Part shown: piece by piece, positions 1 to 12,934 of the stretch
How positions within the stretch are numbered: position 1 is the stretch's first letter
How the letters are laid out: every line of letters begins with the position of its first letter
DNA from: Massalongia carnosa
Taxonomy: Eukaryota
NCBI GenBank assembly: GCA_965645245.1
Contig: OZ287067.1
Coordinates: 744,001-808,000, forward strand
Reading direction: 5' to 3'
Length of the DNA: 64,000 nucleotides
Program-made: the position numbers and the translations under genes
The notes under the pieces: model-generated
Told to the model about the DNA's origin: nothing
The model's input: only the letters and a program-made list of their open reading frames with translations
Databases searched by the model: none

Positions 1-2
1 CT

Positions 3-956
3 TTGATTGTTACAGACTATGGGCAATGTATTATGCCTGCGTGGCCCATTCCCAGATCGTCTCAAACCGTTCTTACCAAGGTCGTACGCAAGGCATGCGA
101 GAAATTTCATTTTGGCTCGAGTTGGATGACAGCACTCGGCGCAACATCCGGGAAGCGGGGTTCGATAGATTTCTTCGACATAAATCGTTTCGATCCGTAC
201 TTAATTCATCGATCCTTGATTCAAAACGAGGTCATATTTGGCGGTGATGGCCTAACTCTTCTCAGTGTCGATCACATATACACCTTCAAGCACTTCCTTG
301 GCGTCCTTTCTAGCATCAGCTGGGTACCGCTTTCGCGAATGGCATGTCTTGCCTCTTGCATCGAGCTTCTCCGCCGGATCAACATTGTCTACACTGGCCG
401 AAAACCATTGCAAGGCTACTTCCTTCGGGTCTACACAGAAGTTAAGATCAACCAAGCGACTTTGGAGGAAGTTTGTGCAGCGTACACCTCCAAATACGGC
501 AAAACCGAGAACCTTGAAATCAAGAGGGAAGCAGAGAACGGAGAAGACTTCTCTCAGAAGACTTCTATCCGAAACACGCAAAGCCCGACCATCGCAGTTC
601 AACACGATCTTGGCCCGGAACTCGATGGGATTCCCATTAATTACACCTTGCCTAAATTTATTTCCGATATAGACTCGCGCCTGAGTAGTCCATGGGGTTC
701 AGACACCTATTACCTTGAAGAGCGTTTCCCTATCGTCACATACCCCAGGATCAAAGGTCTTTCTGGTGTGCCTAATTCTTCTCCTCAAACTCCCCCGACG
801 CCGAACTCTCTCCATACAAGGAACGCACTTTGCTCCCAATGCCGGGCGAACATTACGAGTACCCGTTCCTTGGATGCACCGAAGGATACCACCACTATTC
901 TCGGGTCCGAGTGGGAGTCATTTCGCGAAATTGGCCTTGGTTTGTATACGGAGTAA
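3..956 (+). CDS. Hypothetical protein, 5'-truncated by the window edge
   Basis: Open frame of 317 codons from the window start to TAA at 956, with no recognisable motif. The segment WM...LIQNEVIFGGDGLTLLSVD loosely recalls an uncharacterised fungal family (tentative). Low-complexity S/P/T tail. Confidence 0.55.
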   Translation: MIVTDYGQCIMPAWPIPRSSQTVLTKVVRKACEKFHFGSSWMTALGATSGKRGSIDFFDINRFDPYLIHRSLIQNEVIFGGDGLTLLSVDHIYTFKHFLGVLSSISWVPLSRMACLASCIELLRRINIVYTGRKPLQGYFLRVYTEVKINQATLEEVCAAYTSKYGKTENLEIKREAENGEDFSQKTSIRNTQSPTIAVQHDLGPELDGIPINYTLPKFISDIDSRLSSPWGSDTYYLEERFPIVTYPRIKGLSGVPNSSPQTPPTPNSLHTRNALCSQCRANITSTRSLDAPKDTTTILGSEWESFREIGLGLYTE

Positions 957-1258
957 AACTGCTATTTATGGTCGCTATGTATTGAATGCCAATCCTATGT
1001 TGTAAAATAGGTTGAGAGTTATGGGCATTTTTAAAATAGGGAGAAAGGGGCTTTTGTATATTTCTTGCCCACTCTTCTATATTTTGTTGTACATACATAC
1101 TGTTCCGTAGCATTGGGATTTTTTTTTGGCATTACATATACGGGAGTAGAAGCAAGCTTCAAACAGAACCGCCGCTCTATTCTTACATATTTCCCACTGC
1201 CGCTTGCTATCACCTAATGAGCTGTTCGGCAATAATTATCCCTACCCTATAGTAAAAC

Positions 1259-2436
1259 ATGCAGTCTGGCATAACTGGTATCTGATCCCTCATATTATCA
1301 ATCGCTCTTCATGCTCTAACCCCAATCCTGCAGCCTCGCAAGAGCTTCATGACGCGTTTAACACCTTCGTATCCTCCCCTTCCCAACGGGGCCTCCTAGC
1401 CAGCATAAAAAACGAAATTCTCATTCCCACGCACCCACTTCCCTCTACCTCCACTTCCTTCCTCACCGACCTCTCTAACCTCTTGCCGCTTTTGAACTCC
1501 ACCACACCTGTATACATACTCCTGCGCCGCCACGAAGACGCCCCCGATGGCTTTATCGCCATCACGTACGTCCCCGATGCAGCACCCGTGCGCCAGAAGA
1601 TGCTCTTCGCATCCACGCGGCTCACTCTGGTGCGGGTGCTCGGTGCAGAGCGCTTCCGGGAAACGCTATTCGTGACGGAAAAGCGGGAACTGGAGCCTGA
1701 AGGCTGGAAAATGCACGAGCAAAGTAAAAACGTTGCAGTACCATTGACGGAGGAGGAGAAGGTGCTAGAGGGGGTCAAGGAAGCGGAAGCACAGACAAGA
1801 GGGGGAACGGAGGCGCGAAAGGCACAGTTTGGAAGCGGAGTTAGTTTGGGGATCCAAGAGAATGCGAAGGCGGCGCTGGAGGGGTTACGGGGTGGGGGAG
1901 ATACTTTGGTGCAGCTGGTAGGCTTTTACTTTATGGCTCTTTCGAATAGGGGGACGATGTGCTGATTTACTTCAGATGGTCAATATGCAGAGTGAAGTCA
2001 TTGAGCTCGCGGGAACGAGCATGACGGACGCAGAAGGGTTGGCCACCAGCATCTCGGATACGGAGCCTCGATTTTCGTTCTTCAAGTACGCTCACAAGAT
2101 AGACGGGTCTGATCAAACGCTGTTGATCTTTATCTATACTTGCCCGCCTGGTTCGAAGATCAAGGAACGCATGGTATATGCCTCTTCCAAAGCTGGTGTA
2201 ATTCGCGCGGCAGAGGATGAGTTGGGGTTTGAGTTTGCGAAGAAGGTGAGCTCTCCAAGGGGATGGCCAAGGGGAAAGGGGCGAGAAAGAGTTATACGTA
2301 TGCTGATACAACTTCTCCACAGCTCGAAGCATCCAGTCCCCATGAGATTACGGGGTCTACAATCGAGGAGGAGTTTCATCCCAAACAGGATCAGAAACAA
2401 GGGTTCTCCAGACCCAAGCGGCCAGGGAAGAGGTAA
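1259..2436 (+). CDS. TWF1: Twinfilin (two ADF-H domains), 4 exons
   Basis: MQSGIT|ASQELH start. GT-AG introns at 1278-1333, 1918-1975 and 2246-2322. Motifs YVPDAAPVRQKMLFAST and YTCPPGSKIKERMVYASSK; C-terminal tail GFSRPKRPGKR. Confidence 0.95.
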
Positions 2437-3441
2437 CGACGGATGGTCGAAACTAGACCAGAAGGAAAGCATTCGTATACCGCAGTCGTATCCTAGTTAG
2501 GTACTCGAGGGAAAGATGATAAGCATTCGCATTCGCATTAGCGTTGCCGTTGTTTTTAAAAGAGGCATAGGATGTAGGACGAGCGTGGTCGATGATGCTA
2601 GTATGATTATCTTTCCCACAACTACAGTACTCGGTATCCGTACTCCGTAACCGTAGCAGAGAGGAATAAGAAGATCAGCTGAGTAGCGGGGTAAAGTAAT
2701 CGTACCTCGGCATTATGCAATGAAGAGTGATTGCTTAGGGCTTTTCTCATTCGCCCAAACACACCCAACCTAAACCCAACTAGTCGTGACCCCCGCGTGC
2801 CCTAAAGCTAACCCACACCGAACGGACGTCGGACGGATGATCTGCCGAGTTTCCACAACCTCTCAAGGTATCAGATCAACTTCACACAAACAGCTTAACT
2901 TATCAAAATAGCACCCAGATGGAGTGCCATGAGTGCAGATCCAGGAGGACTCCAATAATGCTGTTGTCAGATCATCAATATGAGTGCAAGTTGGTCCAGA
3001 GAGGTTCAAAGAGGCTGCTTCCTTCCACGCGTCTTGAAAGCCTTTAATCCCACTCCCATTCCCTGAACTCTTCGCTCAGCCATCTATCACGGACAAGGTC
3101 TCTTCGTTCACATCGAGATGGTCACGAACCGCGGTTCGCCATCGGCCTAGGCTTTCCGCCGGGGTACATCCTGTGTGCGTGTGCGCGCGTGCGTCATGTC
3201 GATGGTTTCAATTCATAGCCATTGCAATCATTGATGGGTTTGTTCCTTGGCTTTACACATTTGTGCCAGATATATACGTTTTGGCCATGTCTGTTCTTTC
3301 GAATATTCATTCGAGATTCATGTTGGCCGTCTTCTCCGTGCGCAGAGAGTAAACGTGTTGTACTCGTACCTTGCTTGTGGATCTGTGCTTCGTTAGACCC
3401 GTCATTCTCTTTCGCCTTCTTCCTGATCATATATCTCAATC

Positions 3442-4748
3442 ATGTCCGCCACAAATGGCAACGGCCACGGTGGCAAGAAGCCCACCTCTGCGGCAACCAA
3501 TCTGATCGGTATGGCTGACCTTGAATGAAGGACTCCCGACACGTGGCTGACAGGTCTGACAGCGGGTGGTGGAGCTGGGATGATGGAAGCCCTTGCCTGT
3601 CACCCTTTAGGTCAGTAATAGCGACAGAGACTACATACCCCCTTACTAAATATGTTGAACCCAGATACCATCAAAGTCCGAATGCAACTTTCACGGCGAG
3701 CGCGTGCCCCAGGAGTGAGCCTCGTCCCCTTCCCCATCCGATTGCAATTGCATTTGACATGAGAATAGATAAACCGCCGTGGGTTTCTTACTACAGCAAG
3801 AGAGATTATAAAACGAGAAACGCCGCTGGGGCTTTACAAGGGCCTCGGGGCCGTTATAACAGGCATTGTGCCGAAGATGGCCATCCGCTTTACGTCCTAC
3901 GAATGGTACAAGCAAACGCTCGCCAATAAATCCACTGGAGCCGTCAGCGGCCAAGCTACCTTTTTCGGTATTATTTCTCATTTCTCGTTTCTCATTTCTC
4001 CACCTCTGTTCCTCTCCCTTGTCCCGTTCACCTCCGTTCACCCTACTGTCTTACCAAAGCTCACTCTTAACCCCCAGCCGGACTCGCCGCAGGCGTCACC
4101 GAAGCCGTAGCAGTCGTAACCCCAATGGAAGTGATCAAAATCCGGCTCCAGGCCCAACACCACTCCATGGCCGACCCGCTCGACATCCCTAAGTATCGCA
4201 ACGCAGCGCACGCCCTCTACACCGTGGTCAAGGAAGAAGGCCCCGGTGCCCTGTACCGCGGCGTCTCCCTCACCGCCCTTCGGCAAGGCACCAACCAAGC
4301 TGTCAACTTCAGTGCCTACAGCCAACTTAAAGCTTGGTTACAAACCTTGCAAGAGCCAGCGCTAGAGTTACCGCCCGCCACCCCCACCGAATCCCATGCA
4401 TCACCCCGCCGGCCAGACCGCAAAGAACTCCCCAGCTACCAAACGCTCCTCATCGGCCTTGTCAGCGGCGCTATGGGCCCCCTCAGCAACGCTCCCATCG
4501 ACACCATCAAAACCCGCCTGCAAAAGACACCCTCCGCGCCCGGGGAGACGGCGCTTGGTCGTATCCGCGCCATCGCCCGCGACATGTTCCGCCAGGAGGG
4601 CGTGCACGCCTTCTACAAGGGCATTACACCCCGCATCATGCGTGTGGCGCCCGGACAGGCGGTCACGTTTACGGTGTACGAGTGGGTCAAGGGCTGGTTG
4701 GAAGGGAGAGAGGGGCCGGTATTAGGAGGTGGGAGGTTTGAGGAGTAG
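3442..4748 (+). CDS. SFC1: Mitochondrial succinate/fumarate carrier (Sfc1/Acr1/AcuL type), 5 exons
   Basis: Spliced translation gives NLIAGGGAGMMEALACHPLDTIKVRMQL, VTPMEVIKIRLQAQHHSMADPLDIPKYRNA and NAPIDTIKTRLQK, i.e. three Px[DE]xx[KR] carrier signatures. Confidence 0.93.
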
Positions 4749-5258
4749 ATATATAGGGCGGTTTGTGGGGTTGTTTTATGACGAGCAGCTGGTTTAGAGG
4801 GGGGGGCTGACATTTGTGTAAAGGGGAGCGAGGGGTCTTCCTTTCCTTTTTCTCTTTTTTCTTCTCTTTGTGAGGTAGAACCTTACAGGAAGGGAGCATG
4901 AATCCATACCGGTCCACCAAGTATGACAAGACACGTTTTCATCTCATATATACACCCGGAGGAAAGGACATGAACGTACTTACGTCCACGTTTGGCGTTG
5001 GAACTTTGAAATTGGTATCAAACTCTGTAGGACTTTCTCAATCCGAACCCAAACAACCCTAACCAAGTCCAGGCCACTCCACGTTTGGCCTGGAGCCAGT
5101 TATTTTCCCCTTCATTTTACATACTCATAAACAATGTAATAAGACATAGTACGAAAACCTAGCGTCATTCGTTCAGTCTCTTAATTTCCCGTATTCCATC
5201 CATCGATCCACCCAACGGAATACTACACCCCAGCCTCTTTCCTGAAAACATATCCCAC

Positions 5259-7426
5259 TTACCTCTTCCCCCCTCCTTTCTTCTTCCCCCCTGCCCCCTT
5301 GCCCTTTCCTCCTCCTCCACTAGAAGAACCCACCCCTTTAACCACCCCACCTTCCCCTCCTAATTTTCCTCCACCCCCAGTCCCAGTCCCAGCGTCCCCG
5401 GCACCAATGCCAACACCCCCCTGCGTTAGCGCCGCTGCTTTCGCCCGGCCCTTGCGTCCCTTGGGCCGATATGAAGTGCGATCTCGTATTGGAAGCCAAC
5501 GCTCCGGATCCGGCGCTTTGCTTGCGTCATAGTCCTTCGGCAGGCGAGCCTTACGGCGACGTTTCTTGGGCGGGAGACCGTCCGGGTTGTTGAGAGCGCG
5601 CTTGCGGTTCGCTGCGCTATTGTTCGTGGCCGTGGCAGAAGGTGAAAGAGGAACGCCGGCAGCTTCGAGGGCGGGGATATCAACGGTGGAGATAAGACGG
5701 GGGGTAGGGGAGAGCGAGTCCGTTTCTGGGAGGGACGGGGGCGGAGAAGGTAAAGCTGTGACGGAGGCAACGTAGCCTGCCGTAGCGATGCGAGAGGAGG
5801 GGTCTAGGCGGTGCAGGGCGGTAAAGATTTCCGCTGCGAGGGGTTTGTCTTGCGGCGATTGGGAGGAGAGAAGGGCGAGACCGGCGGCTTGGAGAAGGTG
5901 GATGGGCGGTTTGGGCTTGTGGCGCCAGTAGGATGCAGCTTTAGCGAGGGTAGCTTTGAGCTGTGAGGCGCGGTTTTGGCCGCTGTAGAGGGAGATGAGG
6001 GTTGCAGTAAGGCCGGGCGAGTGCAGGATGTTTTGGTTTGCGTCTGATGGGGGCAAGGCGCTGAGGCGTTTGAAAAGCGATTCTAGAACCGTGGTCGCCG
6101 AGCCAGGATTTTGGGTTAGCATGTAGAGCTGAATAATGGTAAAGACGAGGCCGATATCGTAGGGTCTTTGGTCCAGCAGGGGCAGGATCTTCCTAAGACC
6201 GAGCTTGCCTAGCTGTGACTGGGCGTGGGCGGCGGTGTTGAGGACGGAGAGCGTGTTGATGTGGGGGGAGAGCGTGGGGGATGGAAAGGAGGAGAGGGAT
6301 TTTGCTGTGGAAGTTATGACGGCATGAGGTTTGAGAGCAAGGAGATCGAGGGTTAGTCCGTTTTCCTGGATACGCTCGGCTTGGAATTTGAAGAGACGGT
6401 CGGTTTTAGGGAGGGGAGGGGCACTGTCGAAGATTCGATGAGAGAGAAAGGGATTGAATGGCTTGGATGTTGCAGCTAGCTTGTTGTTCTGGGCAATTTC
6501 TCTTGTGGATGGGTCAGGAATACTGTCAGAAATCTATCAGCGAAACGCGGTTCTTGGAGGAAGCGAGACTGGCCCTACTCTTGTAGTGCGATTTCCGACG
6601 CAAGTTGCTCTGCTTCTTCTGATTTGCCTAATCTGCTCCACACGTAGAGCTGCTGAACGCCAATTGGAAGAAGTTCGGCAGTCTTTTCCTGCTCGGAAAG
6701 CTCGTTCAAAGAGTTGCACAGATCTGGAAGCCATCTGTGAGATGTGGAGCGATCATCAGCCCGAGACAAATACCTTTGGCCCTTTTCAACAAGAATTCCC
6801 CCTGACTCAGTTCCCCTCGCGCAATTGATCCGCAAGCAGCATTGTACGCAGTTTCGAACGCCTCTAAGTCTTCTCGTCCAGGTTTTCTCTTCTGGGCAAG
6901 GTGCCTTTTCCCCTGCCACTCCAATTGCGCGTCGGCCGCTCCGCTGTTGATACGTAAATCATTCTCCTCGTTCTCAATGGCAACTTGAGTGTCAGCCAGC
7001 TCTCTGTAAACTTCTGCGGCCCTCGGAAAGTCTTCGAGGCGGTATGACTAGACGGCTTTGTCAGTTGGTCCAAAGTTGACCGACAACAAAACGACTCACA
7101 GCTTGAGCCTCGACGTGTCGCGCCCCTCGATCGTTGGTGATGCCTTGTGCCACTGTCTTTGCCTGCTCCAATTCCCCAATTTTGTACAATGCATACGCTC
7201 GCTCCACCCGTACCTTCTGCTTTAAGTTATCACCACCTTCTTCTAGCACTCGCAGAGCATCATCATAGCGATCGAGCTTCAGTAGCGCCACAAATTTGGT
7301 GCGCTGCACCTCCAAGTCTTGTTTTGTTTGCTTCAACGATACATTACAGGCCTTCAAGATGGCTTCATGATCTTCAATAGTGGTTTGCTTCAGCAACGCA
7401 CTTATTGAATGCGTCACGGTGGTCAT
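5259..7426 (-). CDS. SRP72: Signal recognition particle subunit SRP72, 4 exons
   Basis: N-terminal TPR region (KFVALLKLDRYDDAL, ERAYALYK). C-terminal RNA-binding motif LPKDYDASKAPDPERWLPIRDRTSYRPKG followed by a K/G-rich tail. GT-AG introns link the ORF fragments. Confidence 0.95.
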
Positions 7427-8153
7427 GTTGTTCTGATTGGAAGGGTGCAACTATGCTCGGGAGAGACGAGAAAGATCCATTCGAAAAGGCCTTTCTCTTT
7501 TCTTTTCCTTTTCCGTTTCCTTTTTGTTTCCCTTTCCCTTCACTTATCAACCCCATTCGGTATACAGATCACGCAATTAATAATCATGCCTCGCCTAATT
7601 TGTGCGGCACAGGCGAGACAATCACATTTCAGCCTCTCGGAAGTCATCTATTATATTCAAAGAGATACAAAAAATTTTTCTTTAGCAAGACCTGTTTCGC
7701 TATCGTTCGATTACTTTTTCGATATTAGGGACTAGGAACTCCCCAACTGTGTCTCATTAGTGAACTCATTCAGATGTAGAGTCCCTTCACAGGAAGGTTA
7801 TGTTGTCAAAATGCTTTTGAATTGTTATGCAGTTAAAACGTAATGCAGACATGTACAGATATCAAACCCATCGTGTAAACCGTCGCCCTCCCCCTGGACG
7901 CCATCATGTTTTGTACAATGAATCTGATAAAAACAGAAGAGAACGGACTGAGGTCTATAAAACTATGGCAGCACTGTATGAATCGACAATATGCTCCAGA
8001 GCATATGCATGAACAGAGTTTCAAGGACCTCCCAACCTCATCAACACATTATCCATTCCCACAGGCTCATACTCGTTGTCCATGATCCGTTGGGTAAACC
8101 AAAGCTTGCTGCTCGAAGCACACGTTGCTAAGACTATACAGGTAAAAATGGCG

Positions 8154-11100
8154 CTAAAAGATCATAGACCTTGTCTTTGCCACGTCAGCCCTTCTATTTC
8201 CTGGGACTGGGTGTCTGAAGTCTCTGTCCACTGAAGGTGGTGGATAATTCTGTGGGGTATGATGGCCCGCGGGTGTTTGTGGAGCTGATCTTAAGGGCGG
8301 TGCCTTGCTATGAGTTGAAGCACTATTAGCTGTCTTCGCAGCAACAGCTCGATGCCTAGCCAAGACAAGGTCGGTCCAACCCTTGGGCTTGGCCGAGTCT
8401 TTGCCAACCACTTCAGAAAGCACCTTCATCCATCCATCTTTTTCCGCGGCGCTATCCGCGTAGAAATCGATTGTCTCGCCGTTGGCAAAACGAATCCGGA
8501 AGCCTTCTTCGACAAACATGTAACCTTCCTCTTCCTCAGCAAATGCAGATTTCCTCCGGCCGCCCCCCTTCCCAGACGTCTCTTTCTGCATAAGAGAAGA
8601 TTTGTCGTCAATCAATTTGCTGGCTCCTGCCAGGTGTATAGTTGCTCGTGGTTGGCGTGTAGCCTCGTGATGGGCAGTAAATTTAGAACCCTCTAGAGTA
8701 AAAAACCGACGACGCCAGTACTGATAGAAATTAGCATTGTCAAATATCCCCAGCGGTCGTCGTGACCTACTGGGCAATCTCCGCCTTGCTGACTCAAGTG
8801 ACCCTCCCATTTCTTGGTAGTGACAGCTTCGGCTTCCTTTAAGTCACGGATGCAGGCATTCATACTTTTCGGCATATCCTCGCTCTTGCTGCCTTTCGGT
8901 TTTGGCACAAATAAGAGCTGCAGCTCGAGCTTGCCAATCTTGTATGGCGGCCTTCGCTGTACACCACCCCGTGCGGTACTACGTTTACTCTTGACGCTGC
9001 TTGCTGTCTGTGCTTCTTCAGTTGCCCACTCATTGAAACAAGGCACATCCACCGTCAAGGGCCTCCCGTACACCTTTGATTCATGGTCCTTCAGGCAAAC
9101 ATATGAGCGTGCGAAGCTACCGTCTTTTGCTACTAAGCCATTTAATAAGTCCCAAGCGGTAGGCTGGAGTGAGCGTCGGCTAGCATGAGCCTCTTGTTGC
9201 CTTTGGCGTTCGGCCTTCTGAGCTTCCTCCTGTTGCTTCATTTCTAGCTCCTTCCGTTTCCTGGGGGAAGCGAAAACACGGCTAAAGGTTGACGGCTTGG
9301 GAAGTTTGATCTCCTTCGTGGGTGACTCAATGATAGGCTTTGCCTTGGGTTCCTCTAATTTGGTCTGTAACGTAAGTTGAAATTCTAGATCGTTGAGTAC
9401 GATAAGCTCAAATTCCTGCCCAATCGGAGCGGTCTTCCCAAGCTCGAGCCAAGTCGTGGTGACACAGTGAAGGCCATTATCAAGTGTAAGGGCAAAGTAT
9501 GAACGCTCTCCTGTATCGTTTGTCAGCCTGAAGACCGCGTCTAAAACAACAAGAACATACCTTTAGGTAATGGCAGATCTAGATCTTTCACACGTACAAC
9601 CTTTACAAAAAGTATCCCTCTCTCGCCGCCCTCCTCAGCTTCCTCCAAGTTTAGCATAACTTCATCCTCTGTTACACTACCCAGCCCGCTCGCAACGTTG
9701 CTCTGCTGACCAGGTAAGGGGGGCGTAGGCCCTGCAGTAGCCTTTTTCTGAGGGCTACCACCAGACTGTCGGAGACTCTTGCGTCTCATCTTGCCATTCC
9801 AGGGTTCCGTGGTCCATGGATGTGGTTGGCTGAGCTTTCTTGGAGAGTTCCCTGCAGATCTCGTACCTCGAACTCCCGGTTCCCGTGATTCAATAGTATC
9901 TGTAGCAGAGTCATGAGAGGAACTGCTAGCAACAACGACTTTGGTATTCTGTCTCATAAGGTAACCCTTCTGCATGCGGATAGGTCTATTAGCAAAATTC
10001 TGAGCGAACGACCTAAAGCCTTGCCCAGGCATGTACTCTGCGTGATCGGGGGGAACTAGTTCAGGTCCTGAGATATTGGAAGGAAAAGGGAACGCCACCT
10101 TCTGAGCTTGAATAACGCGATCAAATTCTTGATCAAGGCCAAACCCGAGATCGCCATCACTTCTTTCAATAGGGATTTCTAGCGGCACCAAGCTACTCTT
10201 ACGCTTTGTCTGGTTCAGTAAAGGTTTCCCTGCATATCCATCATCTTGACTAGTCTGATCTTCTTGAACAAGCATGGATGCATCCGGCTCTGCAATTACT
10301 GATTGACGGTTCTGATGCTTTTCTGGAATCATTGGGACTGTGGGAATTTCTTGACTGACTTGACGTCTTGTCTCAGCCATTGCCTGGATATCTGCGGGAG
10401 TGATGGAAGGTCGAGTTTTCAGCTTGCTGCCAGGAGCTTTGATCGTTGCCATTAACTCCGGCACGCTAGGGGATTCTGGCGTAGGTGACCTTGCGATTGT
10501 GTGCCGAATAACAGAGTCTGGGGTTCGCGGTTCATCTTCCGAGTCAATCCCTAGCTCAGAATATACGGGTAGAACTTGTTGAGCACCGGGTGTAATGGGA
10601 CGCTCTACGCCTTTCTCAATAGAGGCTGGCGCAGCCGGATGTAAAGATTGAACCGGATCCTGATCTAGAGATGGTGAAGGAGTCAAAAAAGTCTCCAGAC
10701 CGAACCCAAATTCGTGCTCTCCTAACATGGATGAAAAGTGAGGGAGTGACATCTGGCTGTCATTAGGGTTTTCCGTCTTCTGTCCAAATCCAAATGTATC
10801 CAACGCTTTTGGAGTCGGAGGCCCTTCGTCATCAACAGAAGCGTTCAACGTAGAGGGTTTTTGCTCATCCCCTAGGTAGTCCTCTGAATAGTGGCTCTCG
10901 TCGTCATCATCGTTTTGGCTTGATCCTCGATTTGGCTCATTAAAAGAGTGATTTTCTTCGATTGCATCCATATATGACTCGGATTGCAGCTGCTGGCTAT
11001 ACAACTCCGGAATTGAATAAAAGTCTATATCGCTCTCCTCCCCGTCATATTCCTGCTTGATGAAAACGCTCTCTTCATAGGTGTCCGCTACTGGCTCGCT

Positions 11101-12934
11101 TTCCAAGGATGGAATAGGTGTGTCGGGGTCTAGATCATTGATCCGGTCTCGAATGGGGTGAGAGCTGGGAGCTGGGGAAAAATCCTCGTAATCATCCTCG
11201 CTCAAGAGGTGAGATTTGCCTTTCACTTTGCGTAAAATCGATTCTCGAGAAATTCGGGGCGGGAATTGATATTGGCCAAAGCCACCAACATCGTCTTCAT
11301 GAATTTGGAATTGTGATTCATTATCTAGCTCCTCAAGAATAGTGCCGTCCTTGTAAACTTTCTGCTCAAGAAATTTTTGATTTGAAATTGCGCTTGAAGA
11401 ATTTGGCTTCTCTTCGTCAGGTATCATCATCAAGCCTAGGCGATCTTCTAGAGACAAAGAAGATCCTCCCATGTCCTGGATCTCCGCTTTGGATATGGAC
11501 GCTGGGCCAAGCGGAGAGGGTGCTGTTCGTTGAGCGGTACTAACACGCTCTACAGTGGTGGAGAGGCTGCCTGTGGATGCTGACCGGCCCCTGAGATACG
11601 TTGGCATGGCTAGAGCTGGTAAAGGCGGTAACGGACGTCGCTCCCCATTCGAATTTGTCGAGTCAGTTCTCGTAGGCGACAATCGGGCGTCAACCGCTGA
11701 TGATGGTCTTGCTGTTGGAGCAGGACTGTTGTCATTACCATCGAACGGATTTTCAACTTGGGCGACTAAATCCTCATTGGCGATAGCAGGACTCATGAAG
11801 CGCCAATCCTCAGGTAAAACTACGGGTGTTTTATCGGTGTCTTCTAGAGACTCATCGAAGCTATCATCCCGTTCAGCGGATGAACCTCGCTCAAAGCTAT
11901 CCTCTTCTTCATTGTCCACAGACTCATAGCTACCTTCACGAGAGCCTGACGCTACAGATGATGGATCAGGAGTAGTCATCTCATACTCGTTGATTTGTGG
12001 CGGAGCAGCATCGAATGTCACGCTCTTAGCATGGCGATGTAGTGATTTCCCAGCAGGCAGTTCTTGATCACCTACACAGTCCTCATCTTCAGACCAATCA
12101 AATTTTTCTAAATCGAGTATTAGTGGTTGTGCATATCTGCTTTTGCTTGAAAGTGAAGATTTCGCTGGCGATAATTGAGATTTGCTCGGGGTGTTGGAGA
12201 TTTCGGGTATACCGTTGGATTTTTTTGGCGATCTTGGTGGACTATAGACTGGAATCTTGCTACTTTCCAAAATATTCTCTTTTCGAAAACCAGTAAAACC
12301 CTTGGCGTTGAATGTACTTCCTGGGGCCTGTATGCTTAGTGGTCGACCCGTAGCTAGAGGTCTTTCGATTAAGGGGCATGATGATGGGTCATACGCTTGT
12401 TTATGTTCCCGGGCAAACATATTACTATTTTTCACGCGCGAAGCCCGTTTGAGGTTTTCAATCGAAGATCGCTTGGCGGGAGAAGGCGAACCATCGCGCT
12501 GTTCATTTGGACTTCTGTTCTCTCTATTAAAGCGACTTGGAGAAGCAGAGTCCCGTGTCTGCCAGTATAAACGGGGTGAATTGGATGCAACAGGTGATGG
12601 ATCGAACGGTGACGAGTCTCCACCCAATGCAATTTTCTATCTCTAGTCTTAGCTCGGTCAAAGCATTAACGAACATAAACTATTGAAGCATCTACCTTTG
12701 AGCTTTGAATAAAGCTTGGTGAGTTTCTCCTTCGTTCCATAGGACTCAGCTCAGCGAGCGCCCTTTGAGCCTGAGAGCTCCCTATTTTGTTTGGTGACGA
12801 CATTGGTGTATTCTTCTGTATACGGAGAGGTTGAATCTGCCATTGTCAATATGGATCAGCCGAGCTATACTACAGCGTTGAAACATTGAACCATGGACTT
12901 CGATGAAGAGCGCATAACATACCGATTGGGGCAT
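8154..12934 (-). CDS. BUD4: Bud4/Int1 anillin-related septin-associated protein with C-terminal PH domain
   Basis: Start MPQS|IQPLRIQK. Motifs RHAKSVTFD, GYLMRQNTKVVVAS, GILFVKVVRVKDLDLPLP, and the PH domain WEGHLSQQGGDCP|YWRRRFF...GFRIRFANGETIDFYAD. Confidence 0.92.

Noticed and set aside
5054..5064. CAACCCTAACC, resembling a telomerase RNA template
   Set aside because: It sits in a ~500-bp gap between two convergent genes, too small for a Pezizomycotina telomerase RNA, and I saw no pseudoknot or CR4/5-like elements.
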